The notes beneath the pieces were generated by a model. The model was not told where the DNA came from and ran no database searches. It worked only from the letters and a program-made list of their open reading frames with translations. Positions 22,381 through 38,660 of a stretch of 64,000 nucleotides of DNA are shown in pieces (within the stretch, counting starts at the first letter, position 1; each line of letters starts with the position of its first letter). A program made the position numbers and the translations under genes. Source of the DNA: Piromyces finnis finn (Eukaryota > Fungi > Neocallimastigomycota); assembly GCA_002104945.1 (NCBI GenBank), contig MCFH01000087.1, forward strand, positions 1 to 64,000, given 5' to 3'.

Positions 22381-23494
22381 TAAAATTAAAAAAATATAAT
22401 TGTTTGAAAATAAAAATTATGTAAATAAGATAAAGTTATGTTTGAAGAAATTAAGAAAGAAAAAAAAAATTAAATCTTTATTATTATTTATTGATTAAAA
22501 TATTTTAAATATAGACAAAGAGTCAAATTAAATAGTATTGGACCATCAAATATTTAATTTTATTAGTATTCAATACTAGGTCCCTTGTAGCTCTTTGTTG
22601 ATAACGTAGATATTATCAATTGTTAATATTGGAAATGAAAATTTTCAATAAAAGGAATTAACGGTATTAGTTTCTTTATTGTCACTTACTTAATTAAGCG
22701 GAAAGAAAAAAAATAGGTTTAATTCCCCGATTATTAATAATATCTAAACAACAAAGTATTACGTATAGGTGTCCAACTATCCACGCTAAGGGAGGTATTG
22801 AATCCTAACTTCTTTGTTATTTTAATATTTTTTCAAAAATAATAAATAAAATTTAATTTTATTTATTAAAAGTAGAAAACGTTTTATTAGAAAATGAATT
22901 TTTTCTTTATTATTAAATTAAGCGTCCTGGCGCTCCCCTTATAATAACTGTGGGTTTTACTTTTGTTTTCAGTACCCTTATTGTTAAAATAAGCTTCACT
23001 GACTTACTTAATTTTTTAATAAATTAAAAATTCTTCCTTTTTTAAACACTAAGGTGTTATTATATATTTTAGGAGTTTTTATTGTAAAGAACTAATGTTC
23101 AATAAATAAAAACACAAATATATAAAAAGGAAAATAATAAAAGCAAATAAAAATTTTATTATTGAACACTTAACAAAATTATAACAGGTTAGTGTTTAAT
23201 AATTTTATTTTTATTATAAAATTTCTTTGTTAATAAAAACTCGAATTCAAAATAATTTTTTGAGAAATTTCACTCGTATTTATATAAATGTTTTTAAAAG
23301 TAAATTTATAAAAATTTTACAACTTAATTTTTTAAGCCAATCAGAAATTATCTTCTTTGGTAAAATTTCGTTATAAAATATTTTAATAAAAAAAAAAGAT
23401 ATTAATGAGGTTTCGAACTCGAGTAGTTCAAACCAAGGTCTTAGTTACTAACCACTAAGACAGGTTACTAATTTCTATGATTCGTTACAATATA

Positions 23495-26305
23495 GAGGAA
23501 AACCTGGCAAAGGGCTTCATCAGGAAATCAGAGAGTCCTGCAGCTTATCCTGTGTTATTCGTGCCCAAAAAGAGTGGTGAAAGACGATTATGTACTGACT
23601 ATAGGCGTCTTAATAAGGTAACAGTGCGTAACTCCTTTCCCTTACCACTCATCAGTCAAGTGTTCGAGGCTATGAAAGGAGCGACTATCTTCTCCAAGTT
23701 GGATTTGAAGTCTGCTTACAACCTCGTGCGTATTCGTGAAGGTGACGAATACAAGACAGCATTCTCAACCAAGTTTGGGCATTATGAATATCTAGTGATG
23801 CCATTTGGGTTGACTAATGCTCCTGCCACGTTCCAAGGGTTCATTAATACGGTGCTGGCAGAAGAAATCAACGACTGCTGTCAAGTGTACTTGGATGATA
23901 TCATCATCTACTCCAAGTCACTTGAAGAGCATGTAGGGCATGTAAAAAGAGTCCTACAAAAGCTAATAGATAATCGTCTAGTAGCTAAGTTAGCGAAGTG
24001 TGAGTTCCACAAGGAAGAACTTGCATTCCTGGGTCATGTAGTTGGAAAATATGGTATTAAAACCGACCCAGAAAAGTTAAAAGCTGTAGCAAGTTGGCCA
24101 CAACCAACCAACATTAAAGAACTACAGTCATTCCTCGGATTCTGCAACTATTATAGGAAGTTTATAAAGGACTTCTCTAAGATAGCAAGGCCGTTATATG
24201 CGATGACGTCCAAAAAGGTACAGTTCCTGTGGAATGAAGAACGCATCCAGGCGTTCGAGAAGTTAAAAGAAATGCTGTTGTCTCCACCAGTATTAGCATA
24301 TCCTGACCATGACCGTCAGTTTATAGTGGAGTGTGACGCTAGTAACTACGCAGTGGGTGGTGTATTATCACAACTAGGCGATGACAATGAACTACACCCT
24401 GTGTATTACTATTCCAAGAAGCTTACGAAAGCAGAAATCAACTACTCCATCACGGAAAAGGAGTTGTTGGCTATTAGGAATGCTTTCATCGAGTGGCGAC
24501 ACCTGTTAATGGGTGCGAAACATAAGGTCCTAGTATATAGTGACCATAGGAATCTCCTGTTCGCCACAAAACCACAGTTGTTGACAGCAAGACAGGCAAG
24601 ATGGCAAGAGCTGTTTGCTGCATACAACTTCGAAATAATATATCGGCCAGGGAAAATGAATGGTAGAGCCGATATCCTATCAAGAATGGTATCTCCAGAA
24701 CAGGTACAACTGGAGATGGAAAAAGCTAGCCTCCTTCGACCTGAACAGGTAAAAGAATTTCCACCCGTGGAAGAAGAGTGCTATGCGGTGTTAGAAGTAA
24801 GCTTTGTGGGAGAACTGAAACAAGCTTACAACACGGATGAGCTTGCTAGGGAAATTAGAGATGGTCTTGACGCAAAACGAGGCCACAAGCTCATCAAAAA
24901 GAAGTGGTTGATGGTTAATGGGTTGATTGTTAGAAAGGATGCACCAGAACGTACATATGTACCAAAGGTGTTAAGGGAAACAATCATAAAACTTAATCAC
25001 GATAGTGAAACAGCAGGTCATCTGGGAAAAGATAAAACTTATGACCTGATAGCCAGAAACTACTACTGGCCAAAAATGAAGGATGACATTGCGGGATATA
25101 TTAAAGCTTGTACCATATGTTGTACCCAAAAGGACAACAGACACAAGCCGTACGGTAGCGCTGCTAGGGTAAAAGTTGCAGACTTACCTTGGCAAGAAGT
25201 AGAAATCGACTTCCTGACGGACCTACCTATTAAGGAACGTAGAAAACCAGGTAGTAGTCCCTCAGAACCCCCAGAAGTCACTAGAAGAGGTTGTATCATG
25301 GTTTGTAGCGATAAGTTAACCAAAATGATACACTTAGTGGGATTTAGGAGTATGCCTACTGCTAAAGAAACAGCATTAGCATACTTACAACATGTATTCA
25401 AGTTACATGGTTGTCCCAAATCGGTTACTACGGATCGTGGTGTCCAGTTCACTAGTAAGTTGTGGAAGGACATTATGGGGTTCTTTGGCGTAGAAGTAAA
25501 CCTTGCTACTACTGGCCATCATGAAACAGTTGGTCAGGTAGAACGCAATAACTCCTACGTAAGTATGTACCTTAGATGCTTTGTGAAGACCTTTGACGAC
25601 GACGAATGGTTGAAGTACTTGTACTTAGCTGAGTTCTGTTATAATAATGCAGTGCACAGTTCTACTAAGCAGTCCCCATTCCTAGCCTTGTATAACTACC
25701 AGGTACATATGAACCCTCAAGACTCAGAACTTGTCCACTCACTTGGTGAAGCTCCTATATTAGATAGCTTCGCTCACAACTTAGGTAACTTAAAGCACAT
25801 GCTGGACATATCAAGAACACGGTTCTTAGACCACTTGGACCATAGGAGAGAACTTAACTACCCTAAAATTAGACTCCTGGATTTGGTGTGGTTAAGAAAA
25901 CCAGAAAATTACAACCCTCTTCCCTTCTACAAGCTACAAGCAAGAAAGTACGGTCCTTTCAAGGTTATTGGAATTGATGAAAGTAAGCTTAACTACCGGT
26001 TGGATATCAGCAAGTCACCTTTCCCCAATGTCTACCCAGTGTTTCATATCAGTGAACTTGAACCCTACCATAACAAACCTGAAGAACTAACACCTGCACC
26101 AGTGGGCTACCAGAAAATTATCAAAATCATGAATGCCAGAAGAAAGAAGGATAACTACCAATACTTAGCTACCTTTAGTGACTTTAGACAAGAGTGGGTT
26201 GATGCCGATATCATTGACAAGAACTCCCACTATGATAAGCTACTCAAGGAATTTCAAGATAAATGCTACCAGGAATTCATGGTTAGTGTCCAAAACCCTG
26301 CCTAG
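23495..26305 (+). CDS. pol: Gag-Pol of B1, 3' part (RT, RNase H, integrase, degenerate chromodomain-like tail)
   Basis: YLDD, ECDAS, HLG..YYW..C..C, DFL/DRG/E and YGPF motifs. The ORF-track start at 23477 lies in the C LTR and is artefactual. Confidence 0.92.
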   Translation, partial: EENLAKGFIRKSESPAAYPVLFVPKKSGERRLCTDYRRLNKVTVRNSFPLPLISQVFEAMKGATIFSKLDLKSAYNLVRIREGDEYKTAFSTKFGHYEYLVMPFGLTNAPATFQGFINTVLAEEINDCCQVYLDDIIIYSKSLEEHVGHVKRVLQKLIDNRLVAKLAKCEFHKEELAFLGHVVGKYGIKTDPEKLKAVASWPQPTNIKELQSFLGFCNYYRKFIKDFSKIARPLYAMTSKKVQFLWNEERIQAFEKLKEMLLSPPVLAYPDHDRQFIVECDASNYAVGGVLSQLGDDNELHPVYYYSKKLTKAEINYSITEKELLAIRNAFIEWRHLLMGAKHKVLVYSDHRNLLFATKPQLLTARQARWQELFAAYNFEIIYRPGKMNGRADILSRMVSPEQVQLEMEKASLLRPEQVKEFPPVEEECYAVLEVSFVGELKQAYNTDELAREIRDGLDAKRGHKLIKKKWLMVNGLIVRKDAPERTYVPKVLRETIIKLNHDSETAGHLGKDKTYDLIARNYYWPKMKDDIAGYIKACTICCTQKDNRHKPYGSAARVKVADLPWQEVEIDFLTDLPIKERRKPGSSPSEPPEVTRRGCIMVCSDKLTKMIHLVGFRSMPTAKETALAYLQHVFKLHGCPKSVTTDRGVQFTSKLWKDIMGFFGVEVNLATTGHHETVGQVERNNSYVSMYLRCFVKTFDDDEWLKYLYLAEFCYNNAVHSSTKQSPFLALYNYQVHMNPQDSELVHSLGEAPILDSFAHNLGNLKHMLDISRTRFLDHLDHRRELNYPKIRLLDLVWLRKPENYNPLPFYKLQARKYGPFKVIGIDESKLNYRLDISKSPFPNVYPVFHISELEPYHNKPEELTPAPVGYQKIIKIMNARRKKDNYQYLATFSDFRQEWVDADIIDKNSHYDKLLKEFQDKCYQEFMVSVQNPA

Positions 26306-26326
26306 GTTTTCTCCTTAGGGGGGCAT

Positions 26327-26820
26327 TGTAAGAAATATTTGTGGCCATAAGTTTGCCCACAAATATTTCAATTGAAACCATATATTCTGGTCACCATTTA
26401 TTGGCCAAATATATGCATAACCATATATTAATGGTTATTAATTAAATAGGAAGTTTATTTGCTTTACCCAATCAAGTGGTAAAGAAAATAAACTCATATA
26501 GTTAAATAGTATAGTCAAAACTAACGTTAAATACTTTAGCGTTAGTATTAAAGTAAATTAATAGCTATAATAATAATTAATGTATATAATTATAACTAAT
26601 AAATAAAAGATAATAATTATAATAATTATTTAAGTAAATAATATTTCATATTAATATTTATTGTATTATATTTATTTTTGTGTTATAATATTTATTTTAG
26701 GTCTTTTATTATTTTTTATAAAACTTTATTTAGTTATTAACTCGTATAGAGAGGTAATAACTAACTTAATTAACTTGTTATATTTAACTTATTAACTAAC
26801 ATATATAAAAACCTTTTACA
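26327..26820 (+). repeat. 3' LTR of B1
   Basis: Direct repeat of 13790-14283. Confidence 0.95.
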
Positions 26821-27595
26821 ATTTTTGTTGATACAAGATGCATAGAAAAATATAATATTTTAAATATTTTATGAATAATATCTAATCCTTTTATAAATTG
26901 TATATCAATTACTAATGATAATAATAATTAAACTATATTAGTATAAATTATTATGACGCAAATGTTACACATACATTAGAATAATTAGTTACACAAGAAA
27001 GGAAAAGATATAAAAGAGAGTGTTAAAGCAGAAGATATCAAGGGAGAGAACTTTTCATTTATAAATAATATTTGATATTTTAGTTTTAAGTATTAGTTTT
27101 ATTTTATTTTATTTTTATATTAATAGTTTTAGTTTAAGTTAGTTTTAGGTTAATAATTACGTATTTAGTATTTATTATATTTCCTTCAGTTTAAATATTA
27201 GTTATAAAAGAAAAGAATATTTATTGTTTATTTTTACTATTTCAGAAAAGTTATATTTTATCATTAATAATACTTTCATCAACATATTTTTATATTTACA
27301 CATTATATTTAACTATTTATATTTATTCAATAATAACTTTCGATCCTATTAGTATTGAATGTTATTAATGTTATAATCATATTAATAATAATAATTAAAT
27401 AAAGAATCTTTAAACCAAAATCTATTTAATTATATTATTATAAAATTTATTATTTTTATTATTTATTTTTATTATTATAAAATAGAAATAAATACAATAT
27501 TAACTAATATATTATTCATATATCATTCCCTATTGCTAACGTTCATAATTATATTTTATTTATGGTGTTTTTGAAATATATTGCATCATAAAATT

Positions 27596-27612
27596 TGGTG
27601 GAGAATCCGGGC
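27596..27612 (+). promoter_or_regulatory. Primer binding site complementary to a tRNA-Ala 3' end
   Basis: The complement ends ...UUCUCCACCA, i.e. U70-C71-C72-A73-CCA, typical of eukaryotic tRNA-Ala. The same core occurs in F and H. Confidence 0.8.
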
Positions 27613-27843
27613 GTAGCAATATTGAATAATATGAAACATTAATAGTATTATTTCTATTCTAATTATATTTATTTTTTTTTTTATTATTTTTAATTAAAAT
27701 AAGTTCTTTTATATAAATAAAACTTTCTACTATAAAACTATTAAATATACACAAATATTATATATATATATATAAAATTATTATAACAATAATATATAAG
27801 AAGTTATTATATAAATTTATTTTAAAATAAATAAATAATTAAA

Positions 27844-29301
27844 ATGGTTGACGCCACTAAAGTAAAAAGAGACCTTCCATACCTCTGCGATTATGGAAAG
27901 GATATTGATTCCTGGATGGAGGATTTTATAAGTGTCATGGAGATCCATGATATACAAGAGCCCTCTAGAATATTTGTGTGGTTAAAAGTTGCCGTTGAAG
28001 CAGATATCAAGAATGTTTTGAAATCTTTATGTACCTCTCATAATAACGTTAAAAGGTATCCTACTTATAAAGAGGTACAATCTGCTATTGAAGATTATCT
28101 GGAAATAAAGCCAGGGGATAAATGTTCAGTATTAAAAACATTAAAAATTAAACAAAACGAAACTATAAAAAGCTTCAACTATAAATACTTAACTCTTTAC
28201 CACCGCTTGGAAAGAGATTTTATGAAAATTATTTCTGTGGATGACTATTTAAACTCTATTAAGAAAAGAGTTTATCCACACTCCCAAGTTATATTAGCTG
28301 AATGCGAAACATTATCTGAAGCTTTTAAAGTTGCTGAAAAGGCTGAGAAAGCCGAAAGAAGAACCATAGAAAGTACTGAAACTAACAATATTTCTATGGT
28401 ATACCAAAATACAAAAAATACTCGAAATGTTTTGTTAGACCATCCGTTATATAGAGGATTAGTAGATGATGATAATGTTAATATTAACCATAGCAATTTT
28501 AATAACTCTTATTCAAATTATGTACAAGAAAAGCCTATCGGAAGATCCTATCCAGGTATCCCAAGAAATTATGAAAATGTGTATTTTAATAATAGTAACT
28601 TCCGGAGTATCAGATGTTACTATTGCAAGCAAATGGGACATAAAGCTAGTGAATGCCCAAATAAAAGAGAAAGAAATAATTTCAATAATTTCAATAATTT
28701 TAATCAATTTAATAATCAAAGAAATTCTTATAACAGATATGGAAATTTATATAATAATAATGATAACAATAATTACAACAATAATAGTTATTTAAATGGA
28801 TTTAATACTAATACTAATAACAACAACCAAAAGGATAATAGAAACATTAATGAAAATAATTATATGGATTATCATCATAAAAATAACTATAATAATATGA
28901 ATAACAATTATTATATGTACACCAATAATGATTATAAGAAAGGTAATTTTAATCCAAATGGAAATTACAATTATAATGAAAGTAATAATATTAATAGCTA
29001 CAATAATTATAATAATACTATTGGATATAATGGATATAATAATAATGGTTTTAATAGTTATAATAAAAACAACACAATGAATAATAATACATTTAATAAC
29101 GTCAGTAATGTTAATAAGAATAATATGAAGAACAACATTAATGATAGTGATAACAGGAACAATATTAATAATAATTACCCTAATCAATTAAATAATCAAT
29201 ATTATAATAATTATTATAATAAGACCTTACCAGAAAATAATTACAATAAAGCAACCAAAACAAATTTAAACAATCCATCTGAATCAAATAATTTAAACTA
29301 G
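27844..29301 (+). CDS. gag: Gag of D (CCHC knuckle, Asn-rich C-terminus)
   Basis: CYYCKQMGHKASEC knuckle; ends at the U UUA AAC UAG slippery site. Confidence 0.92.
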   Translation: MVDATKVKRDLPYLCDYGKDIDSWMEDFISVMEIHDIQEPSRIFVWLKVAVEADIKNVLKSLCTSHNNVKRYPTYKEVQSAIEDYLEIKPGDKCSVLKTLKIKQNETIKSFNYKYLTLYHRLERDFMKIISVDDYLNSIKKRVYPHSQVILAECETLSEAFKVAEKAEKAERRTIESTETNNISMVYQNTKNTRNVLLDHPLYRGLVDDDNVNINHSNFNNSYSNYVQEKPIGRSYPGIPRNYENVYFNNSNFRSIRCYYCKQMGHKASECPNKRERNNFNNFNNFNQFNNQRNSYNRYGNLYNNNDNNNYNNNSYLNGFNTNTNNNNQKDNRNINENNYMDYHHKNNYNNMNNNYYMYTNNDYKKGNFNPNGNYNYNESNNINSYNNYNNTIGYNGYNNNGFNSYNKNNTMNNNTFNNVSNVNKNNMKNNINDSDNRNNINNNYPNQLNNQYYNNYYNKTLPENNYNKATKTNLNNPSESNNLN

Positions 29302-29325
29302 TTAATGGGAGAAGGACAACTCCCA
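29292..29325 (+). promoter_or_regulatory. Predicted -1 frameshift signal of D (U UUA AAC + 7 nt + TGGGAG/CTCCCA hairpin)
   Basis: Canonical heptamer. The -1 frame is open from here to the pol ORF. Confidence 0.8.
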
Positions 29326-29384
29326 GTAATCAAACCAAGTTTGGCAATTCTTTTGATTCAAATGATGAAATAAATGGAAATATT

Positions 29385-34630
<5,246 letters not shown>

Positions 34631-35447
34631 TGAAAAATACGACGACTTCAAGGGACGAAGTCTTATTTAAAGTGGGGGCCTCCTGATACAAGATGCATAG
34701 AAAAATATAATATTTTAAATATTTTATGAATAATATCTAATCCTTTTATAAATTGTATATCAATTACTAATGATAATAATAATTAAACTATATTAGTATA
34801 AATTATTATGACGCAAATGTTACACATACATTAGAATAATTAGTTACACAAGAAAGGAAAAGATATAAAAGAGAGTGTTAAAGCAGAAGATATCAAGGGA
34901 GAGAACTTTTCATTTATAAATAATATTTGATATTTTAGTTTTAAGTATTAGTTTTATTTTATTTTATTTTTATATTAATAGTTTTAGTTTAAGTTAGTTT
35001 TAGGTTAATAATTACGTATTTAGTATTTATTATATTTCCTTCAGTTTAAATATTAGTTATAAAAGAAAAGAATATTTATTGTTTATTTTTACTATTTCAG
35101 AAAAGTTATATTTTATCATTAATAATACTTTCATCAACATATTTTTATATTTACACATTATATTTAACTATTTATATTTATTCAATAATAACTTTCGATC
35201 CTATTAGTATTGAATGTTATTAATGTTATAATCATATTAATAATAATAATTAAATAAAGAATCTTTAAACCAAAATCTATTTAATTATATTATTATAAAA
35301 TTTATTATTTTTATTATTTATTTTTATTATTATAAAATAGAAATAAATACAATATTAACTAATATATTATTCATATATCATTCCCTATTGCTAACGTTCA
35401 TAATTATATTTTATTTATGGTGTTTTTGAAATATATTGCATCATTGT

Positions 35448-37690
35448 TGATACGCTACTCATATAAAAACGTAATAAAAACTAGCCGAATAAACACGATG
35501 TGAAGATATTAACTGGATTTAAAACAAATCCAGATAATATCTATAATTAATTAAACATAATAATTATAATTAAATAATTTCAATAATTATTTTAAAACAC
35601 TTTTAAAAGTCACCTTTTAAATTTTGATTCAGTGAAAGGGTTATGATTTCAAAAATTTAATATCAATATACTATAACCCTTAACCAAAAATAAGCAAGTA
35701 CGAAATAAGGTGTAACTCGCCAAAAACGATCGCTACGGCTATAAGTACTACGGTGATGAAACTAGGTTTATTGGAAAGCTTAGGAAGAAAGCTACAATTT
35801 GGTACAATCGCGGTCCTTCTAACTGATCATTTAAGGAAGTTATGATCATTTAAAGATTTTATTAGGTAAATTAAAATCAATATGATATCAAGTATGGATC
35901 ATAAATATTTCTTATGACTTGATGAAATTAAAAATATATCAATAGGAATTTTAGTTATATTAATTTAATTAATGATAACGATTGTTACTAAAAATAGAAC
36001 TAGACCCATTTAGGTGTAACAGTTAACACCTATAAATTAAATAATCTTAATTATTATAAAATAGGTTAACGGCAAGTTTTATTAGAAATAATTTTGAAAA
36101 TAATAATTATTTAATTATAACAAATATGTTATGGTAATATCAATTAATAATGATGAATTATTAATCGAATAGTTTTTATAATTACTAATTAGGATCAACT
36201 GTTTAAATGATTAATCATATGTTTATTTTATTTTATGTCATGACAAACAAACAAACAAACAAACAATCTTATTACTTATTTAATTATATTACTAATATAT
36301 TACATGTAATACTTTATTCTTATTAATATCAATTTAATAATCTGAACAAAGAATATAAAAGAGAATGAATTGAATTCGATTTTAATTCTTTGTAAAGATT
36401 ATAGTTATAATCTTAATTATATAGTTACTTATAATATCATTTATATTATTATTATTAAATAAATAAAAAATTTATAAAAAGTTATTTTAAAGTAAATATA
36501 AATTTTTCATTTTTCATTTGGGAGTTTAAGGTGTTATTTTATAATTAAATTTAATTTCTTAAAAAACATTTTTACTATATAATTAATAACATTCTGACCT
36601 GGCCGCATAACCAAACCCAAAAACTTAACACACGACTTAACCCATAGCGACTTATAATAAAAATAAAAGATAATAACCCTTAAAAATGAATAAATAATAA
36701 TTTTATGGAAATATAACCCTTTCTTTTAAATAAATAATATTCTCTTTATTAAATAATAAATTATGAATAAAAACGACTTAATAGAGATAATAATAAAATA
36801 AATTATTAAATAAAATAAAACTACTCAATCCAAAAATGTATTAAAATAATAAAATAATAATAAGTAAATAAAAATGAATAAATAAACTAAAAAAATAAAA
36901 TGATATACATTAAATTATTAATTCTAGTGTTTTATCCAAGTGTTCTTTAGAAATTCTTTCAAACTTATATATATAAATTAACAAATAAATAACTGAGTAA
37001 TTATTACTAAAAGTGATTAATTTAAAGCCTGGAAATAGAACAATAATAACAATTTTAAAGATAAAATACAGAACTCTTTTATGTTTCTGTATAAAATGTG
37101 TTTATATTAATTGATACTTTTAATATTTGATTTTATTAATTTTATTTTAATTTTTATTTTAATTTTTATTTTAATTTTATTTTAATATTATTTTAATTTT
37201 AAATTTTAATTATTTTATTCAAGGTATTATACATTTAATGATAGTTAATGATAATTTATAATAGTTTTTCTAATTTTAAACATTTTGAAGTAATAAGAAA
37301 ATCAAATAAGTAATATTCTATAACATTTTTATAATATTAAGACATAATTTTAATTTATTCTTTAATTTTAATAAATAATCACAATAGTAATAATATTTAA
37401 TAGTTAAAAATAATAATACATGTAATAAATGAAAAATGTATAAAAAGAAGATAAAATTCTTCTTTATAAAAAAGGCGGACAATAAATAGACAATAAATAA
37501 ATTATAAATATAATAAAGAGATAATTTAAACATAATAAAAAGAGTTTATTTTCGAGTTTTTGAGTGATTTATTTGTTAATTATAAAACATATTTTATTTT
37601 ATTTTAAATTTATTGTTTCATCATAAATATTAGAATTTATTATTTATTAAAAATATCATATTATTCAAAAATGTATCGGTCAACGCATCA
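35448..37690 (+). mobile_element. Putative solo LTR G (about 1.1 kb after removing nested I)
   Basis: TGATACG..CGCATCA ends, flanked by TTGT on both sides, no internal direct repeat or credible ORF. Confidence 0.7.
35499..36630. mobile_element. Solo LTR I (1132 bp) nested in G
   Basis: TGTGAAG..CTTAACA ends with a perfect 5-bp TSD CACGA (35494-35498, 36631-36635). Confidence 0.8.
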
Positions 37691-38660
37691 TTGTTGATAA
37701 CGGATTGGTAGTTATATTATAACTTTTTAACTACTTCTTCTGTTATCTTATATTGTTTTATCTCGACAGCTATTGTACGAGCTTTAACAATATCTACTAG
37801 TTTTATTAATTTATTTTAAGTTATTTTATAGTTTTAATAGTTTTATTATTTTAATAATATTTATATAGAATAATAACACCAGATTTATTCTATAAAATAT
37901 TATTTATTATTAACACAATAATTACAAATTAGACAAGTTTAATTTCGTTTTTATATTTTCTTTTATTTATTGTTCTTACGCTCTTTTTAACAATAATTTT
38001 TATTATATAAAAACTTATTTTTGTCTTTTAAATATTATTATGTATTCACTAATTAATTATATTAACTATTATTAAAATTTAACTTATTATTAATAATCTA
38101 AGTCTTCTTATTTTCTACTAAAAATTATTATTATTCTTTATATTAAAAATTATTTTTATAATTTAACCCAATCAAATATATAAATTTATAAAATATTTGA
38201 TTTTATGTAAATTATATTTTTATAATAAACTATATAAAATTATTTAATAATTATTTTATAATAAAATTTTCTACTAATATCAAATTTATAATATATTTAT
38301 AATTATTATTTATCAAGATTTCCTCCCCTAAGATACGACTTAGTGGTAGCTGATAAAAATATTCATAAATAATAATAAATATATAAGTTTTTGATATTTT
38401 TATACTAAATATTTAAAAATTTAAATTTTTTTTTTCTATATATATATATATATATATGATAAAAATAATATAAAATAAGGTTTATAAAAAAATGATGAAA
38501 AATTTGAAAATTTTTATTAATAAAATTTTTTTTTTTCAAAGAGAAATAAAAAAAATGAAGTGAAATTTTGTTAAATGTCGTAGTGTAAATATTTTTGTGT
38601 TTTTATATATTTTTGTAATGTAATTGTCGTATTATTTGTATATAAATGTTTAATGTGGTT

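Larger units (their letters stand above)
17360..23489 (-). mobile_element. Family C full-length chromovirus, apparently intact, inserted in B1 pol
   Basis: Apparently identical 407-bp LTRs (17360-17766, 23083-23489), 5-bp TSD ATATA, PPT GGAGGAGGACCA and a single intact ORF. Confidence 0.97.
13790..26820 (+). mobile_element. Family B full-length element B1, interrupted by C
   Basis: Apparently identical 494-bp LTRs (13790-14283, 26327-26820) and PPT AGGGGGGCAT. Gag-pol is restored when C and one ATATA are removed. No matching TSD is visible. Confidence 0.93.

Noticed and set aside
13785-26825. A 5-bp TSD for B1
   Set aside because: The flanks TCATT and ATTTT do not match, so no TSD is claimed (see the junction hypothesis in findings).
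35720-35740. CGAT..CGTTTTTGGCGA motif shared by solo LTR I (minus strand) and the A2 3' UTR (about 47817-47833)
   Set aside because: Short and imperfect, with no other shared context. Cannot be distinguished from chance without a genome-wide count.
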